From an uncultured bacterium (GTDB lineage Bacteria > Chloroflexota > UBA5177 > JANWHV01): a stretch of 64,000 bases of DNA. Numbering within the stretch: the stretch's first letter is position 1; every line of letters starts with the position of its first letter. Made by a program: the position numbers and the translations under genes. Where the stretch lies: the NCBI GenBank assembly GCA_963729625.1, contig CAVSOU010000017.1, positions 32,001 to 96,000 on the forward strand, in the 5' to 3' direction. Below, one piece after another: positions 29,354 to 39,674 of this stretch. The notes below the pieces were generated by a model. The model was given only the letters and a program-made list of their open reading frames with translations, did no database searches and was not told the DNA's origin.

Positions 29354-30580
29354 TCAACCCGAGGCGGCCCTGCCCATGAGGTCCAGACTGGGACGCCCCG
29401 GCGTGATACTGCCGAGTGGCGCCGAATGGGCGGCCCCTGTTACGGATGGCAGGTTGCCGGGCCTGCCGCGCAACGTGTAGTAGGCGAGCAGGGCGAAGAG
29501 CATGGCCTCCTTGGCGTCCACCTGGCCGCCGACGGCGTCGACCGTACGCAGCGGGATCGGCGCGAGCGCACGTGCCAGACGAGACATCAGCGCCCTGTTG
29601 TGGACGCCGCCCCCGCTGGCCAGGACGTCAACGGGCGTCTCGCCGCGGGGAAACCATTTGCGGACAGCTGCCGCTACCGCTTGAGCGGCAAACTCGGCCA
29701 GCGTAGCCAGGAGATCGGCCCGGGAGATCTCAGGATGGGCGGCGAGCAGGCTCGCGGCGAAAGCCTCGCCGAATGCCTCACTCCCCGTCGCCTTCGGCGG
29801 CGGCGCCGCGAGGAACGGGTGCGCCTGAAGCTGCCGCAAGAGCTCATGAGACACCGCGCCACGCAGCGCGTTTGAGCCGTCGGGGTCAAAGGGCTCGCGC
29901 CCGCCACTCGTCAGTCGCATCACTGCATCCATCGGCATATTTGCCGGCCCGGTGTCGAATCCGATTACCTGCGCCGGGTCGAGCGAGGCGGGGAGCAGCG
30001 TCAGGTTGGCGATGCCGCCCAGATTCAGCAGGGCGCGCGCACGGCCTCGCTCGCCGAACAACAGCACGTCGAGCAGGGGCACGAGAGGCGCGCCGCGGCC
30101 TCCGGCCGCAATGTCGCGCGCTCGAAAGTCGGCGACCACGGTGATCCCGGTGCGCTCGGCGATCACCGCGGGATCGCCCAGCTGCTGCGTCGAGTAGCAC
30201 CGGAATCCGGCCAGCGTGCTATCGGTCATATCGCTCACAGTGGTCTGGCCGTGGGATCCGATGACCGTCACGTCAGATTGCCGCCAACCTGCCTGGGCGA
30301 TCACTGCCAGCGCGGCCTGGGCGAACAACTCGCCCAGCACCATGTTCAGGCGACAGGCGGCGCGCGCACCGCCTTCCTCCTTCACGCAGAGCTCCCAGAG
30401 GGCCTCGCGAACCGCCCCGGGATAGGGATGGCTGACATGCGCGCGCAGGACCAGGCGCACTGGCGATCCTTCTTCGACCTCCACGGCGGCCGCGTCGATG
30501 CCATCCATCGAGGTGCCGGAGATCAGGCCGACCGCCCGTATGAGCGGTGTAATCTGCTCGTTTCGTTCGGTTAGCGCCAT
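29354..30580 (-). CDS. anmK: Anhydro-N-acetylmuramic acid kinase
   Basis: GLISGTSMDGIDAA, GSHGQT, DFRARDIAAGGRGAPLVP, FDTGPAN, KEAMLFA; in an operon with murQ. Confidence 0.93.
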   Translation of the reverse strand: MALTERNEQITPLIRAVGLISGTSMDGIDAAAVEVEEGSPVRLVLRAHVSHPYPGAVREALWELCVKEEGGARAACRLNMVLGELFAQAALAVIAQAGWRQSDVTVIGSHGQTTVSDMTDSTLAGFRCYSTQQLGDPAVIAERTGITVVADFRARDIAAGGRGAPLVPLLDVLLFGERGRARALLNLGGIANLTLLPASLDPAQVIGFDTGPANMPMDAVMRLTSGGREPFDPDGSNALRGAVSHELLRQLQAHPFLAAPPPKATGSEAFGEAFAASLLAAHPEISRADLLATLAEFAAQAVAAAVRKWFPRGETPVDVLASGGGVHNRALMSRLARALAPIPLRTVDAVGGQVDAKEAMLFALLAYYTLRGRPGNLPSVTGAAHSAPLGSITPGRPSLDLMGRAASG

Positions 30581-30587
30581 GAGATTC

Positions 30588-31076
30588 TCATCCTCTCGGA
30601 CCAAGCTGCTTCCTGTAGATCAGCTCTGTGATGCCAGGCACGACGTAGTTCTTCAGGGCGCCGACGTGACAGTAACCGTGGCGCCGATAGAAGCTCTGTG
30701 CGGCGACGTTGAAGTCCGATACCAGCAGCAGCAGATCGTGCTGACCATCCCCCAGGGTGCGGCGCTCGACATGGTCGAGCAGTGCGGCGCCTACTCCATG
30801 CCCGCGCACTTCGACGTCGACGCCGAGCAGTTTGAGATAGCCGCTCAAGCCAAAGCCGCCTCGGGCGATATACCAGGCGAAGCCCACGGTCCGTTCAGCC
30901 AGACGGGCCACGCTTACGTCGGCTCCGTCACGCAACGCGTGACGCCAGAGATCGTGGGCGGAATCGGCGTTCACGCCGTAGCGCGTCCAGGGCTCGCTCG
31001 CGGCCATGAGCAGTGCGCAGGGTACAATGTCCTCGTCGGAGAGAGCAGCAATCTGAAGACGACTTTCCATGTTCAT
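30588..31076 (-). CDS. GNAT N-acetyltransferase
   Basis: RGHGVGAALL acetyl-CoA motif, SDFNVAAQSFYRRHGY. Confidence 0.9.
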   Translation of the reverse strand: MNMESRLQIAALSDEDIVPCALLMAASEPWTRYGVNADSAHDLWRHALRDGADVSVARLAERTVGFAWYIARGGFGLSGYLKLLGVDVEVRGHGVGAALLDHVERRTLGDGQHDLLLLVSDFNVAAQSFYRRHGYCHVGALKNYVVPGITELIYRKQLGPRG

Positions 31077-31175
31077 TATCCGTCGCTTGACGGATCGGCG
31101 CTGCCGCGCAGGGTCCTCGCCGACCGCAGGTCCGGCACACGTGAAGGGTTCCGTCGGCCTTTCGTTTCCACCGCT

Positions 31176-32105
31176 CTAGCCGGTAGGGCGCGGCGGTTTC
31201 AATGCATCGAGCGCCCTGCGCACAACGCCATTCGATCGTGCGAGATGCTCTCGGGCCTCCGCCGGCGCCAGGCCGGCCAGGAGGATCAGTATAGCTACCT
31301 TGACATCGCCGCCGGCTCGAACGAGCGCGACGTCAGCGGCGTCCGGATCGCAGCGCGCCGCCTGGGCCACCATCCGGCGCGAGCGGTCGCGCAGCTTGCT
31401 GTTGCGCGGCACCATGTCGACCATCAGGTTGCCGAATGTCCGGCCGGTGCGGATCATTGCCGCCGTGGAGATCATATTGAGCGTCAGTTTCTGCGCGGTG
31501 CCGGCCTTCATGCGCGTTGAGCCGGCGATCACTTCAGGGCCTGTGTCCGGTGCAATGACCAGGTCCGCGGCCTCGGCTACCGGCCCGCGCACATTTGCCA
31601 CCAGCGCGGCGGTGACGGCGCCGCACGCGCGTGCCTGCTGCAAAGCGCCCACAACATACGGCGTGGCGCCGCTCGCGGCGACGCCCAGCACCACGTCGTG
31701 CCGATCGACCTGAAGGTTGCGAATTTCCCGTGCACCCTGTGCCGCGTTGTCCTCCACGTCCTCGAGGGCGGACGTCAAGGTTGCCGGCGCTCCGGCAAGC
31801 AACGCCTGGACCTGCGCCGGCGGTGTGCCATACGTGGGCGGGCATTCGGCGGCATCGAGCACGGCCAGGCGTCCGCTGGTGCCACTGCCAACGTAGATGA
31901 GCCGCCCGCCTGCATTGAAAGCGGCGACGACGCGGTCCACGACGGCAGCGATTGCTGGGAGCTCCTTCGCTACCGCTGCCGCCACGAGCGCGTCTGCCTC
32001 ATTGATCCGCTGCAAGATCTCCAGCGTCGACAAGCGGTCGATATCGGCGGTGCTGGGGTTCACATCCTCGGTCGATTGGCCCCGCGCGGTTTCGTTCACC
32101 AGCAC
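31176..32105 (-). CDS. murQ: N-acetylmuramic acid 6-phosphate etherase
   Basis: GTSGRLAVLDAAECPPTYG, GPEVIAGSTRMKAGTAQK, GNLMVD. Confidence 0.95.
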   Translation of the reverse strand: MLVNETARGQSTEDVNPSTADIDRLSTLEILQRINEADALVAAAVAKELPAIAAVVDRVVAAFNAGGRLIYVGSGTSGRLAVLDAAECPPTYGTPPAQVQALLAGAPATLTSALEDVEDNAAQGAREIRNLQVDRHDVVLGVAASGATPYVVGALQQARACGAVTAALVANVRGPVAEAADLVIAPDTGPEVIAGSTRMKAGTAQKLTLNMISTAAMIRTGRTFGNLMVDMVPRNSKLRDRSRRMVAQAARCDPDAADVALVRAGGDVKVAILILLAGLAPAEAREHLARSNGVVRRALDALKPPRPTG

Positions 32106-32183
32106 AATTGCTCCTCGCACTCTTGAGAATCCGCTGCCGGAGCGAGCGCCGTGCGACCCGCGGCACCGGCGCCACGCCCATGG

Positions 32184-33470
32184 CTAGCCCGCGAAAACAA
32201 ACACTCCACAGCCCGTGGCCTTGGCAACGTACATGGCCTGGTCGGCGTAGCGAAGCAACGTCTCTGCATCAGTGCTGTGCTCGGGGTAGGACGAAATGCC
32301 GAAGCTCGCGTCGATGGTGACGGTCTGGGTGTCCAGTTGGATGGGCTCGCGGACAGCATCGCGCAATTTCTGCGCTACCTCCGCGGCGTTTGCAGCGGTC
32401 GTCGAAGGGAGAACCAAGACAAACTCGTCACCACCGGTCCGTGCCACCGTGTCCGACGCTCGCACCGTGGTGCTCATGCGCTCGCCGACGATCTTGAGGA
32501 GCAGGTCACCCGCGTCATGTCCGTAGGTGTCGTTTATCGCTTTGAAGCCCGTAAGGTCGATCTGCGTTACCGCGAACGCCGCGCCTGTCCGCTTGGCTGC
32601 CTCGCACGCCACCTTGAGGCGATCCGCCAGGAGCGTGCGGTTTGGCAAGCGGGTCAGAGGATCGTGCAGGGCAGCCTCCGCCAGGGCCTGCATGGCGCGC
32701 TGGAGTTGTTGATCCAGCATCCTCTGAGCAGTGACGTCTTCCTTCACGGCGACAAAGTGCGAGATTGCACCATCTTGCCCGCTGATCGGCGAGATCGCCG
32801 CTCGCTCCCAGTAGAGTGAGCCGTCTTTCCTGCGGTTGCAGAAGTCGCCTCGCCATTCGCGCCCATCGAGGAGCGTGCTCCACATCTCGCGATAGAATGC
32901 ATCGTCCTGCACGCCCGACTTCAGAACTGATGGATTTCGCCCCATTACTTCCTCGCGCGCATAGCCCGTAAGGGCCGAGAACTTCTTGTTCACATACTGA
33001 ATGCAGCCTTCGCGATCGGTAATCACCACGGTGGCCGGGCTGCTTTCGACGGCGCGCCAGAGCATTCGCAATTGGACATCAATGCTGTCACCTTCCGAGA
33101 CCTCCCGGAAGTGCCAGACCCGCGCGACCGCGATTCCTCCGCGTTCCAGCAGCGGGCCTGAGCGGCTTTCCACCATGCGACCGTCCTTGAGACGGATGCT
33201 CTCCGCGCACTCCTCCATTGCATCAATCCCATCCTGACGAAGAAACGCGACGGAAGGGCTGCTCGTGTCACACTGGTCGAGCAGCAAGGAGAGAATCTCA
33301 ACCTCGTCGCTCACTGCATCGTCTGCCAGGCGCCAGATTTCCAGGAAGCGCCGATTGAACACCGACACGTGGCCGCGGGCATCGAGAACCAGGATGCCCT
33401 GCGAGGCAGCGTCAATCTGAGCCGTTATCCGCGCAGCGAGGCCGGAATCGGGAGCGCCAAGTGGTGACAT
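32184..33470 (-). CDS. PAS-PAS-GGDEF diguanylate cyclase
   Basis: Two PAS-like segments, HDPLTRLPNR, FKAINDTYGH, intact GGDEF. Confidence 0.9.
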   Translation of the reverse strand: MSPLGAPDSGLAARITAQIDAASQGILVLDARGHVSVFNRRFLEIWRLADDAVSDEVEILSLLLDQCDTSSPSVAFLRQDGIDAMEECAESIRLKDGRMVESRSGPLLERGGIAVARVWHFREVSEGDSIDVQLRMLWRAVESSPATVVITDREGCIQYVNKKFSALTGYAREEVMGRNPSVLKSGVQDDAFYREMWSTLLDGREWRGDFCNRRKDGSLYWERAAISPISGQDGAISHFVAVKEDVTAQRMLDQQLQRAMQALAEAALHDPLTRLPNRTLLADRLKVACEAAKRTGAAFAVTQIDLTGFKAINDTYGHDAGDLLLKIVGERMSTTVRASDTVARTGGDEFVLVLPSTTAANAAEVAQKLRDAVREPIQLDTQTVTIDASFGISSYPEHSTDAETLLRYADQAMYVAKATGCGVFVFAG

Positions 33471-33738
33471 GCTCTGCTAACCAGCCTTTGCTCGACCGTA
33501 CAGGCACTCGGGCACCGCTCATCATGGCACGGCAGCGAATCCCTCGTGACGAACGTGGCGATTTTAGCAGCAAGGCCGCCACATGGCAATTGGGGCCCAA
33601 AGCGTTCGGTATGCCGGGAGCGGCTCGTCTTGTCGTTATTGTCTACAATACCTATAGATCGGTGGCGGCGCCATCTGTGACGCAAACGTATGTCTGCGAA
33701 TCAATCGCAGTTTGGACCGCAGCAAGGCACGGTGAACC

Positions 33739-34983
33739 TTGTCCGCTCTCCGACCAAGCATTGGCCTGTGGATGGCCGCGATCGTTCGCCCCCTGAGCCA
33801 TCGCATCGCACTTCCCCGCCCCGCACTCTCGCTAGCGGCGGTCCTCCTGTGCCTCGGCGTGTTTGCAGTCGCCGTGAGACCACACATCGTTACCGGAGAG
33901 GTGCCGGGAGACGCGCCCGACGCGCTCGACTACGCCTATGGCGCGGCCGCCTTGCTCCACGGGAGTTACACCGTACAGTGGATCGGGCCTCCATCCATCG
34001 GCTCGGCCGATTCCAACGGAGTGGCACACATTCCACGCTATCCGCCCGGCTACTCCTTGCTGCTGCTTCCTGCCGTAGCGCTCGGCGGCGTAGCCGCGGC
34101 AGTGTGGGTGAATTATGCCTGCGCCCTGCTGCTGGGCGCGATCATCGCATGGCTGGCGGCGCGGCTTTGGGATATCAGGGCGGCGCCCGCGGCAGTGGCG
34201 CTCTGTCTGTGCTCGGTCGGCATGGTCACGTATGCGCACACGGTGATGAGCGATCTGCCAACAACGACTCTCGTCCTGCTGGAGCTTGCCATTTTGGTTG
34301 GTGGCCGCTCGCACAAGACTGCCCTTCTCGCCGGCCTTCTGGCTGGTGGCCTTGTGTGGATTCGCATCCCAAACCTCTTTCTGCTCGGCGCCGGGCTCGC
34401 AGCGCTGTCCGCCCTTCCCGAAGCGCGCCGCCGCGCGGTCCTGTACGTCGCAGGTGCATTGCCGCTCCTTGTGTTGCTCGGGCTGTGGCAAAACGTAACG
34501 TATGGCTCGCCATGGACCACGGGATATGCTGTTCTGCATACCGGGCCAACGGCGCATTCGGGAATCAGCTCGCTGTTTCGAATGCAGTATATGGTCGGCC
34601 AGCCGTTCGGACGATCGGGCCTCTCCTGGCGATTCCACTGGCCCAATGCGTTGCTCTACCTCCTTACATTCCTTGGCTTCAAGTTCTGGAGCGCACTGCC
34701 CGGAGCGTGCGCAGCAGGTTTGGGTTGCGCGATCTTGTCCATGCGCCGAACCGGCGCGCGCGGTGCGGTGAGCCGGTTCACCATTGTGGCACTTATCGCC
34801 ACGCTCGCTGTGTACCTGCCGTACTACTGGCAGGCCGTACGCTTTCTTCTCGTCCCCGCGACGCTGCTCAATCTCATGGCCGGCGTGGCGATGACGCAGT
34901 GGTTGGCACCTCGTGTATCACGGTGGGCGCACGGCCTCTTCGGCACGCCGAGATCCACCGACGCGGCATCTGATAGCGGATGA
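33739..34983 (+). CDS. GT-C-type multipass membrane glycosyltransferase
   Basis: PDALDY, RYPPGYSLLL, VMSD, many TM helices. Confidence 0.7.
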   Translation: MSALRPSIGLWMAAIVRPLSHRIALPRPALSLAAVLLCLGVFAVAVRPHIVTGEVPGDAPDALDYAYGAAALLHGSYTVQWIGPPSIGSADSNGVAHIPRYPPGYSLLLLPAVALGGVAAAVWVNYACALLLGAIIAWLAARLWDIRAAPAAVALCLCSVGMVTYAHTVMSDLPTTTLVLLELAILVGGRSHKTALLAGLLAGGLVWIRIPNLFLLGAGLAALSALPEARRRAVLYVAGALPLLVLLGLWQNVTYGSPWTTGYAVLHTGPTAHSGISSLFRMQYMVGQPFGRSGLSWRFHWPNALLYLLTFLGFKFWSALPGACAAGLGCAILSMRRTGARGAVSRFTIVALIATLAVYLPYYWQAVRFLLVPATLLNLMAGVAMTQWLAPRVSRWAHGLFGTPRSTDAASDSG

Positions 34984-35149
34984 CCTCCGGCGAGCCCCGC
35001 AGCACAAGCGGGCCGGTGCGTGCTGCGCAACGTCCGGTCCATCCATCGCACCAAGTGACATGCCATAGCATAGCAGCAGGAAGCAGCTGTGAGGACGTGT
35101 GTCACGATCTGCGCTGAGCTTGGAGCCCATTAGCCGACTGGAGGCCGTC

Positions 35150-35839
35150 ATGCCAACCAAGGACGCGACGACGATCCTGCGCCTGTCGTACATCATGCGC
35201 GAAGACGATCCCCTGCCGCCCGCGATTCCGCCGCTTCAGCGTGCTTCTATGATGAGTCTGGACCGTGGGGACGATGCAAACGTGTTCATACTCACGCTGG
35301 CCAACCATTCCGGCACCCATGTCGATGCGCCGCGCCACGTCGAGGCCGACGGGCTGCCGATCACGGCGTTCGAGCCGGCAGAATTTCACTTCACTCGGCC
35401 CCTGGTACTCGACTTGCCGCTGGCCGACGGAACTGTGGTCAGCCCAGAGAGCCTCGCCCCTTTTGCCTTGGCTATCGGCGGCGCGGATCTCGTGCTACTC
35501 CGCTTCGGCTATGGCAGGGTCCGCTCACACGAGCCCGCGCGATACCGCGACAGCTGCCCCGGCTTCGGCATTGAAGGAGCGGCGTATCTTCGTCAGCACT
35601 TTCCAGCTCTGCGTGCCCTTGGCATGGACGTACCGTCGCTCTCGTGCATCCGCTATCTGGACCAGACGATGCGCGCGCATAACGTCCTGCTGGGTGGCGC
35701 GGGGTGCCGGTTTCTGGTGATCGAGGACCTGAATCTGGACCAGGACCTCACCGGACTGGCAGAAGTGTGGGTCGCACCGCTGCTGGTCGAGGGCACCGAC
35801 AGTGCGCCGTGCACCGTATTCGGCGTGGTGCGGAGATGA
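35150..35839 (+). CDS. Cyclase-family (kynurenine formamidase-like) metallohydrolase
   Basis: HSGTHVDAP motif, GMDVPS, VIEDL. Confidence 0.9.
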   Translation: MPTKDATTILRLSYIMREDDPLPPAIPPLQRASMMSLDRGDDANVFILTLANHSGTHVDAPRHVEADGLPITAFEPAEFHFTRPLVLDLPLADGTVVSPESLAPFALAIGGADLVLLRFGYGRVRSHEPARYRDSCPGFGIEGAAYLRQHFPALRALGMDVPSLSCIRYLDQTMRAHNVLLGGAGCRFLVIEDLNLDQDLTGLAEVWVAPLLVEGTDSAPCTVFGVVRR

Positions 35840-36375
35840 GCGGCGAGACCTACGGCCACACCCCAATTGAGCGCATGTTCGCACTCCGAGATGTCTATGG
35901 TATTGGCTACGACGCGGAGCGAGGAACGCGGACTCCGGTACGGCTTGGCATGGCCGGCGCAGGTGGTGTATCTCAATCCAAGCACCTTCCGGCGATCGCG
36001 TCACTGAGAACGCTCTGGGAGCCGATTGTAGTAGCCGCCATCGCCGAGCCGGACGTTCGGCAAGGGCAGAAAGTCGCGACCCTGTATGGCTGCCGCCACT
36101 ACGCAAGCCTCGAGCAGATGCTCGCGGAGGAGAAGCTGGACGGCGTCGAGGTGCTCTCGCCGGACGCGTTGCACGTCGATCACGCGCTCGCCTGTATCGA
36201 ACGGAATCTCCCCGTACTCGTGGAAAAGCCATTGGCACCGACGTCGGACGCGGCGCGGCTGGTCTGCGAAGCAGCGGATCGCCGCAGCGTCCTGCTGATG
36301 ACCATGGCGAATAAGCGATATATCTGCCGTCAGCGAGGCGCGCCCTCGATGGTCCGTGACATGGCTTCCAGGTGA
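35836..36375 (+). pseudogene. Gfo/Idh/MocA oxidoreductase, 3'-truncated
   Basis: GAGGVS Rossmann fold, LVEKPLA, ANKRY, then runs into the antisense end of htpX. Confidence 0.8.
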
Positions 36376-37238
36376 GCCAGGCGGTGTGCCAGCGTGGGAT
36401 GGGTCTGGAACAGTTCGCCCAGCTTGTTCGTTCTGCCCGGAGGGACAATGAAGAAGGCGTTCATGGCCTGCGCGGTGCGCAGGTCTCTGGTGGGAATACG
36501 CTGCATGGAGCCGCTCACCTTGATCAGCGCCGAGCGCAGGGTGGCGGGCGCGCCGGTCAACAGCACCGCGCCGCGGTCCGCGGCATACTCGCGATAGCGC
36601 GAGAGTGCCCGCAGCAGGAAGAAGCTGACCACCCAGACCAGGGCGGAGACCAAGAAGACCATGGCGGCAGTGCTGTTCCGGCCACGACCACCGCGACCAC
36701 CGAAGCCAAGGCCGGTCCACATGCCGATCTGCACGATGAAAGAGGCGACACTGGCCAGCAGACTGGCGTAGGTGAGCACCTGCATGTCGCGGTTCGTGAT
36801 ATGGCTCAGCTCGTGCGCCAGGACGGCCTCCAACTCGGCCGGATCGAGCAGCTGCAGCAAGCCGCGGCTGACGGCGACGACCGCGTGCTTTGGACTGCGG
36901 CCAGTAGCGAAGGCGTTGGGCGCGCTGGTCTCCATGATCGCCAAGCGCGGCATGGGCAGGCCGGCCATCTGTGCCAGGCGCAGCACGACCCGGTGCAGGT
37001 CCGGCTCCTCCTGCTCGCCGATCATCCGTGCCCTTGTGGTGAGCAGCACCAGCTTGTCGGCGGCGTAGTAGTGAACGAGCAGCACGGCTGCGCCGGTCAG
37101 GACCAGCAGCACACCGCTCCCCGTGGCATACCAGAGCACGCCGAGGAACAGCGCATAGAGCAGCGCCAACAAGAAGAGCGTGAACCCCATGCGGAGTGCG
37201 AGCTGTGTGTCGCGGCCGTACCATCGTCTTGTCGCCAT
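36330..37238 (-). CDS. htpX: Zinc metalloprotease HtpX (M48)
   Basis: PNAFATG, HELSH, SRYREYAAD, THP; GGAGG RBS. Confidence 0.93.
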   Translation of the reverse strand: MATRRWYGRDTQLALRMGFTLFLLALLYALFLGVLWYATGSGVLLVLTGAAVLLVHYYAADKLVLLTTRARMIGEQEEPDLHRVVLRLAQMAGLPMPRLAIMETSAPNAFATGRSPKHAVVAVSRGLLQLLDPAELEAVLAHELSHITNRDMQVLTYASLLASVASFIVQIGMWTGLGFGGRGGRGRNSTAAMVFLVSALVWVVSFFLLRALSRYREYAADRGAVLLTGAPATLRSALIKVSGSMQRIPTRDLRTAQAMNAFFIVPPGRTNKLGELFQTHPTLAHRLAHLEAMSRTIEGAPR

Positions 37239-37613
37239 CGTCGTTCCTCCTCGAATCCCTCCTGTACGTATCCGGCAGGGAAGCCAGCGACGGGCAGGGG
37301 ACCTGGACCGGGATGGCGCCAACTGCCGGGGACATGCCATCTCGATCCATAGTATGGTCCTGTTGACCGTAACGCCGCTAGGGTCGAAAGTCACTTGCGC
37401 GCAGGAGGCGTGATTGACCGGGCAATGCACAGGCTCTGTGTACAACTGGCGTCACCGCGCCGGCACTGCGCGCTACACTATGGGTGCGCAAGGCGCGCAG
37501 ACCCTGGGCGGTTGGATCGCTCGCACCAGACTGACTGGATCGAGCACCGCCCGGTTCATTCTGCGTGACCTCCACCGCCGGCGCACACCACCTGCCGGGG
37601 AAAGGTCGTAACC

Positions 37614-38030
37614 ATGGCCAACCATCAGGGCCCAAACGACGGCGACAGCGAAGGCGCATGCCGCGTATTCGGATACTACACGGGCTATTCCGAGGGACCA
37701 GTCCGCACGCTTGAGTGCGGCTTTCTCGGCGCCACCACGACGCTGCAGGACGCCGAGCTCCTCCTCCGCAAGGAGCACTATGCCTACGAGTTTTACGTGA
37801 TCGAGTACGTCGACGGTCGCCACCGAGCGACACGCTACTACGACGAGCACAAGGCGCCGAAATTCCATACCCAACGCGTTCGCGAGCGCCGTAGCCGCGA
37901 TCGCGCCACCGGCCAGCGCCGCCGTCATACGGATCACAGCCGGCCCATCGCAAACCCCGCTTCGCCCCAGCCTGCAAACCCAAGCCTAGCCTCAACCGAC
38001 ACGCTCATCCGCGCGGACTCACACGAGTAG
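37614..38030 (+). CDS. Hypothetical protein
   Basis: GGAAAGG RBS; GC3-biased codons; no family recognised. Confidence 0.45.
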   Translation: MANHQGPNDGDSEGACRVFGYYTGYSEGPVRTLECGFLGATTTLQDAELLLRKEHYAYEFYVIEYVDGRHRATRYYDEHKAPKFHTQRVRERRSRDRATGQRRRHTDHSRPIANPASPQPANPSLASTDTLIRADSHE

Positions 38031-38358
38031 GCTGCCGCAAAGCGTCCGACTGATCCTGGGCCCGCCAGGCTTCGCATCCATGGTTCGGCGTGCTGCTTTC
38101 GGCTCGCCTGCCGGGGGCGCCACATCGGTCTGGCAGCTCACGCGCTTGCCAGGATTCAGGTAGCCCCGCTCGGGACCAGGCGGTCAGTATCGACCTCACC
38201 GGGCGGCAGCCCAGCGTCGAAGCAGTAGTACTCAGCAACGCCCTCAAGTACTCCGATCCGGCGACAATGGTGGTGCTCGCACACGTGACCTCTTCAACTG
38301 GCCAATGGCGTGGCGCCCGCCACGTGTGACCAGCACGCGGTTCATCGATGACGGCGTA

Positions 38359-39129
38359 TCAAAGGGCGAGGATGACCTCGATGCCGGCAGCACGAAACTG
38401 GTCGAGGCAGTCCGCCGGCGCCGCCGTGTCGGTGATGAGCGTCGAGATCACCTGGCATGGTGCAATGAGCGCCGTGGTAACCTTGCCGATCTTCGTGTGA
38501 TCTGCCACGACGACCACACGCTCCGCATGCTCGATGATCGCCCGGTTGGTGCGTGCCTCGATCATGTTGTATGTCGTCAGGCCGCGATGCAGCGAAAGCC
38601 CGTCCACGCCGACAAAAGCGGTATGCACGTGGAGATCGCGCATCGCCTGCTCGGTGAGGGGACCAGAGAGCTCGAGTGAGCGGCGCAGGGAGCCTCCTGT
38701 AACAGTCACCTCGATCCCGTGATCGGCCAGCTCCGCGGCGACGCCAACGGAGTTGGTCACGACGTGGAGGCCGGGGACACCGCGGATGGCACGCGCAACC
38801 TCCACCGACGTCGTGCCGCCGTTCAATGCCACAACATCTCCGGGAGCTACCAGCTGGGCCGCCGTACGGCCGATCGCGCGCTTCTCGGCTTCATGCAGCA
38901 CGGCTTTGTCCTGCGGTCTTGGCTCGTATTCAGCATAGCCGGATTCGACTACGGCTCCTCCATGCGTGCGGCGCAGGAGGCCCGTCGCCGCCAGACGATG
39001 CAGGTCACGGCGCAGCGTCGATTCTGAGTAGCCGAGGGTGCGGCTCAGGGCGGTGACGGTCACCGCGCCCTGCCGTGAGAGGGCGTGCAAGATCCGCTGC
39101 CGTCGTTCCTCGGCGAGCACAAGCACCAT
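38359..39129 (-). CDS. DeoR/GlpR transcriptional regulator
   Basis: SESTLRRDL..L, RTHGGA, GGTTS, VVADHTK. Confidence 0.93.
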   Translation of the reverse strand: MVLVLAEERRQRILHALSRQGAVTVTALSRTLGYSESTLRRDLHRLAATGLLRRTHGGAVVESGYAEYEPRPQDKAVLHEAEKRAIGRTAAQLVAPGDVVALNGGTTSVEVARAIRGVPGLHVVTNSVGVAAELADHGIEVTVTGGSLRRSLELSGPLTEQAMRDLHVHTAFVGVDGLSLHRGLTTYNMIEARTNRAIIEHAERVVVVADHTKIGKVTTALIAPCQVISTLITDTAAPADCLDQFRAAGIEVILAL

Positions 39130-39501
39130 TCCTTCTTGGTCGACCTGCGCCGTGCACGCGGTACGAGGCACGGCGAGGCTTGGCCCCGTCCCCGTGCAGT
39201 TCAACAATACGGCATCGCGCGGCGCGATGCAAGATCAGTCAGAAACTGCTCATTCCTGCATGAAATACGGACGGGTACACGGTGCCGGCGCTCGCCGCCG
39301 AATGAATTCAGAGAAGGGTAAAGTCATAGTGGGATCCGCAGGTGTGCCGGCCAACAAACGAGGGCGGGCAAGACGCCCGCGCCTCCACGATCGTGTGCGT
39401 CAATGGAGATCTCGTGGACTCTTCACTTTGGGCTGCCTACACCAGCCAAGCTGAGGGGAACAGGGCGCATTCGCGATCGCGCAGGTTCGGTCAGCCGACG
39501 A

Positions 39502-39530
39502 TTGACAGCGCGTGTGCCTTGTGCTAGGCT
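39502..39530 (+). promoter_or_regulatory. Sigma70-type promoter of the second sugar operon
   Basis: TTGACA-17 bp-TAGGCT with TG extended -10. Confidence 0.7.
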
Positions 39531-39674
39531 TCCCGATCGGAGAGCTCGACTGCGTGGTTCTCCAGCACGAGAGGAGGTGATTGCCGCCTACCGGATCCGT
39601 GACCACAGGCCAGCTTCATCAGGACTGCACGGTGCGTGCCAATCCACCGACTCACTGCCGACAGGGAGTAGGCT

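Noticed and set aside
29354-30580. anmK as levoglucosan kinase
   Set aside because: Operon context with murQ supports the standard anhMurNAc role.
30498-31520. 340-aa plus-strand ORF
   Set aside because: Antisense to the well-supported GNAT and murQ genes.
33471-33738. c-di-GMP riboswitch upstream of the diguanylate cyclase
   Set aside because: No GEMM consensus recognised; an Infernal/Rfam scan would be needed.
38220-38280. VLSNALKYS histidine-kinase N-box fragment
   Set aside because: Only about 10 matching residues; plausible remnant but not supportable.
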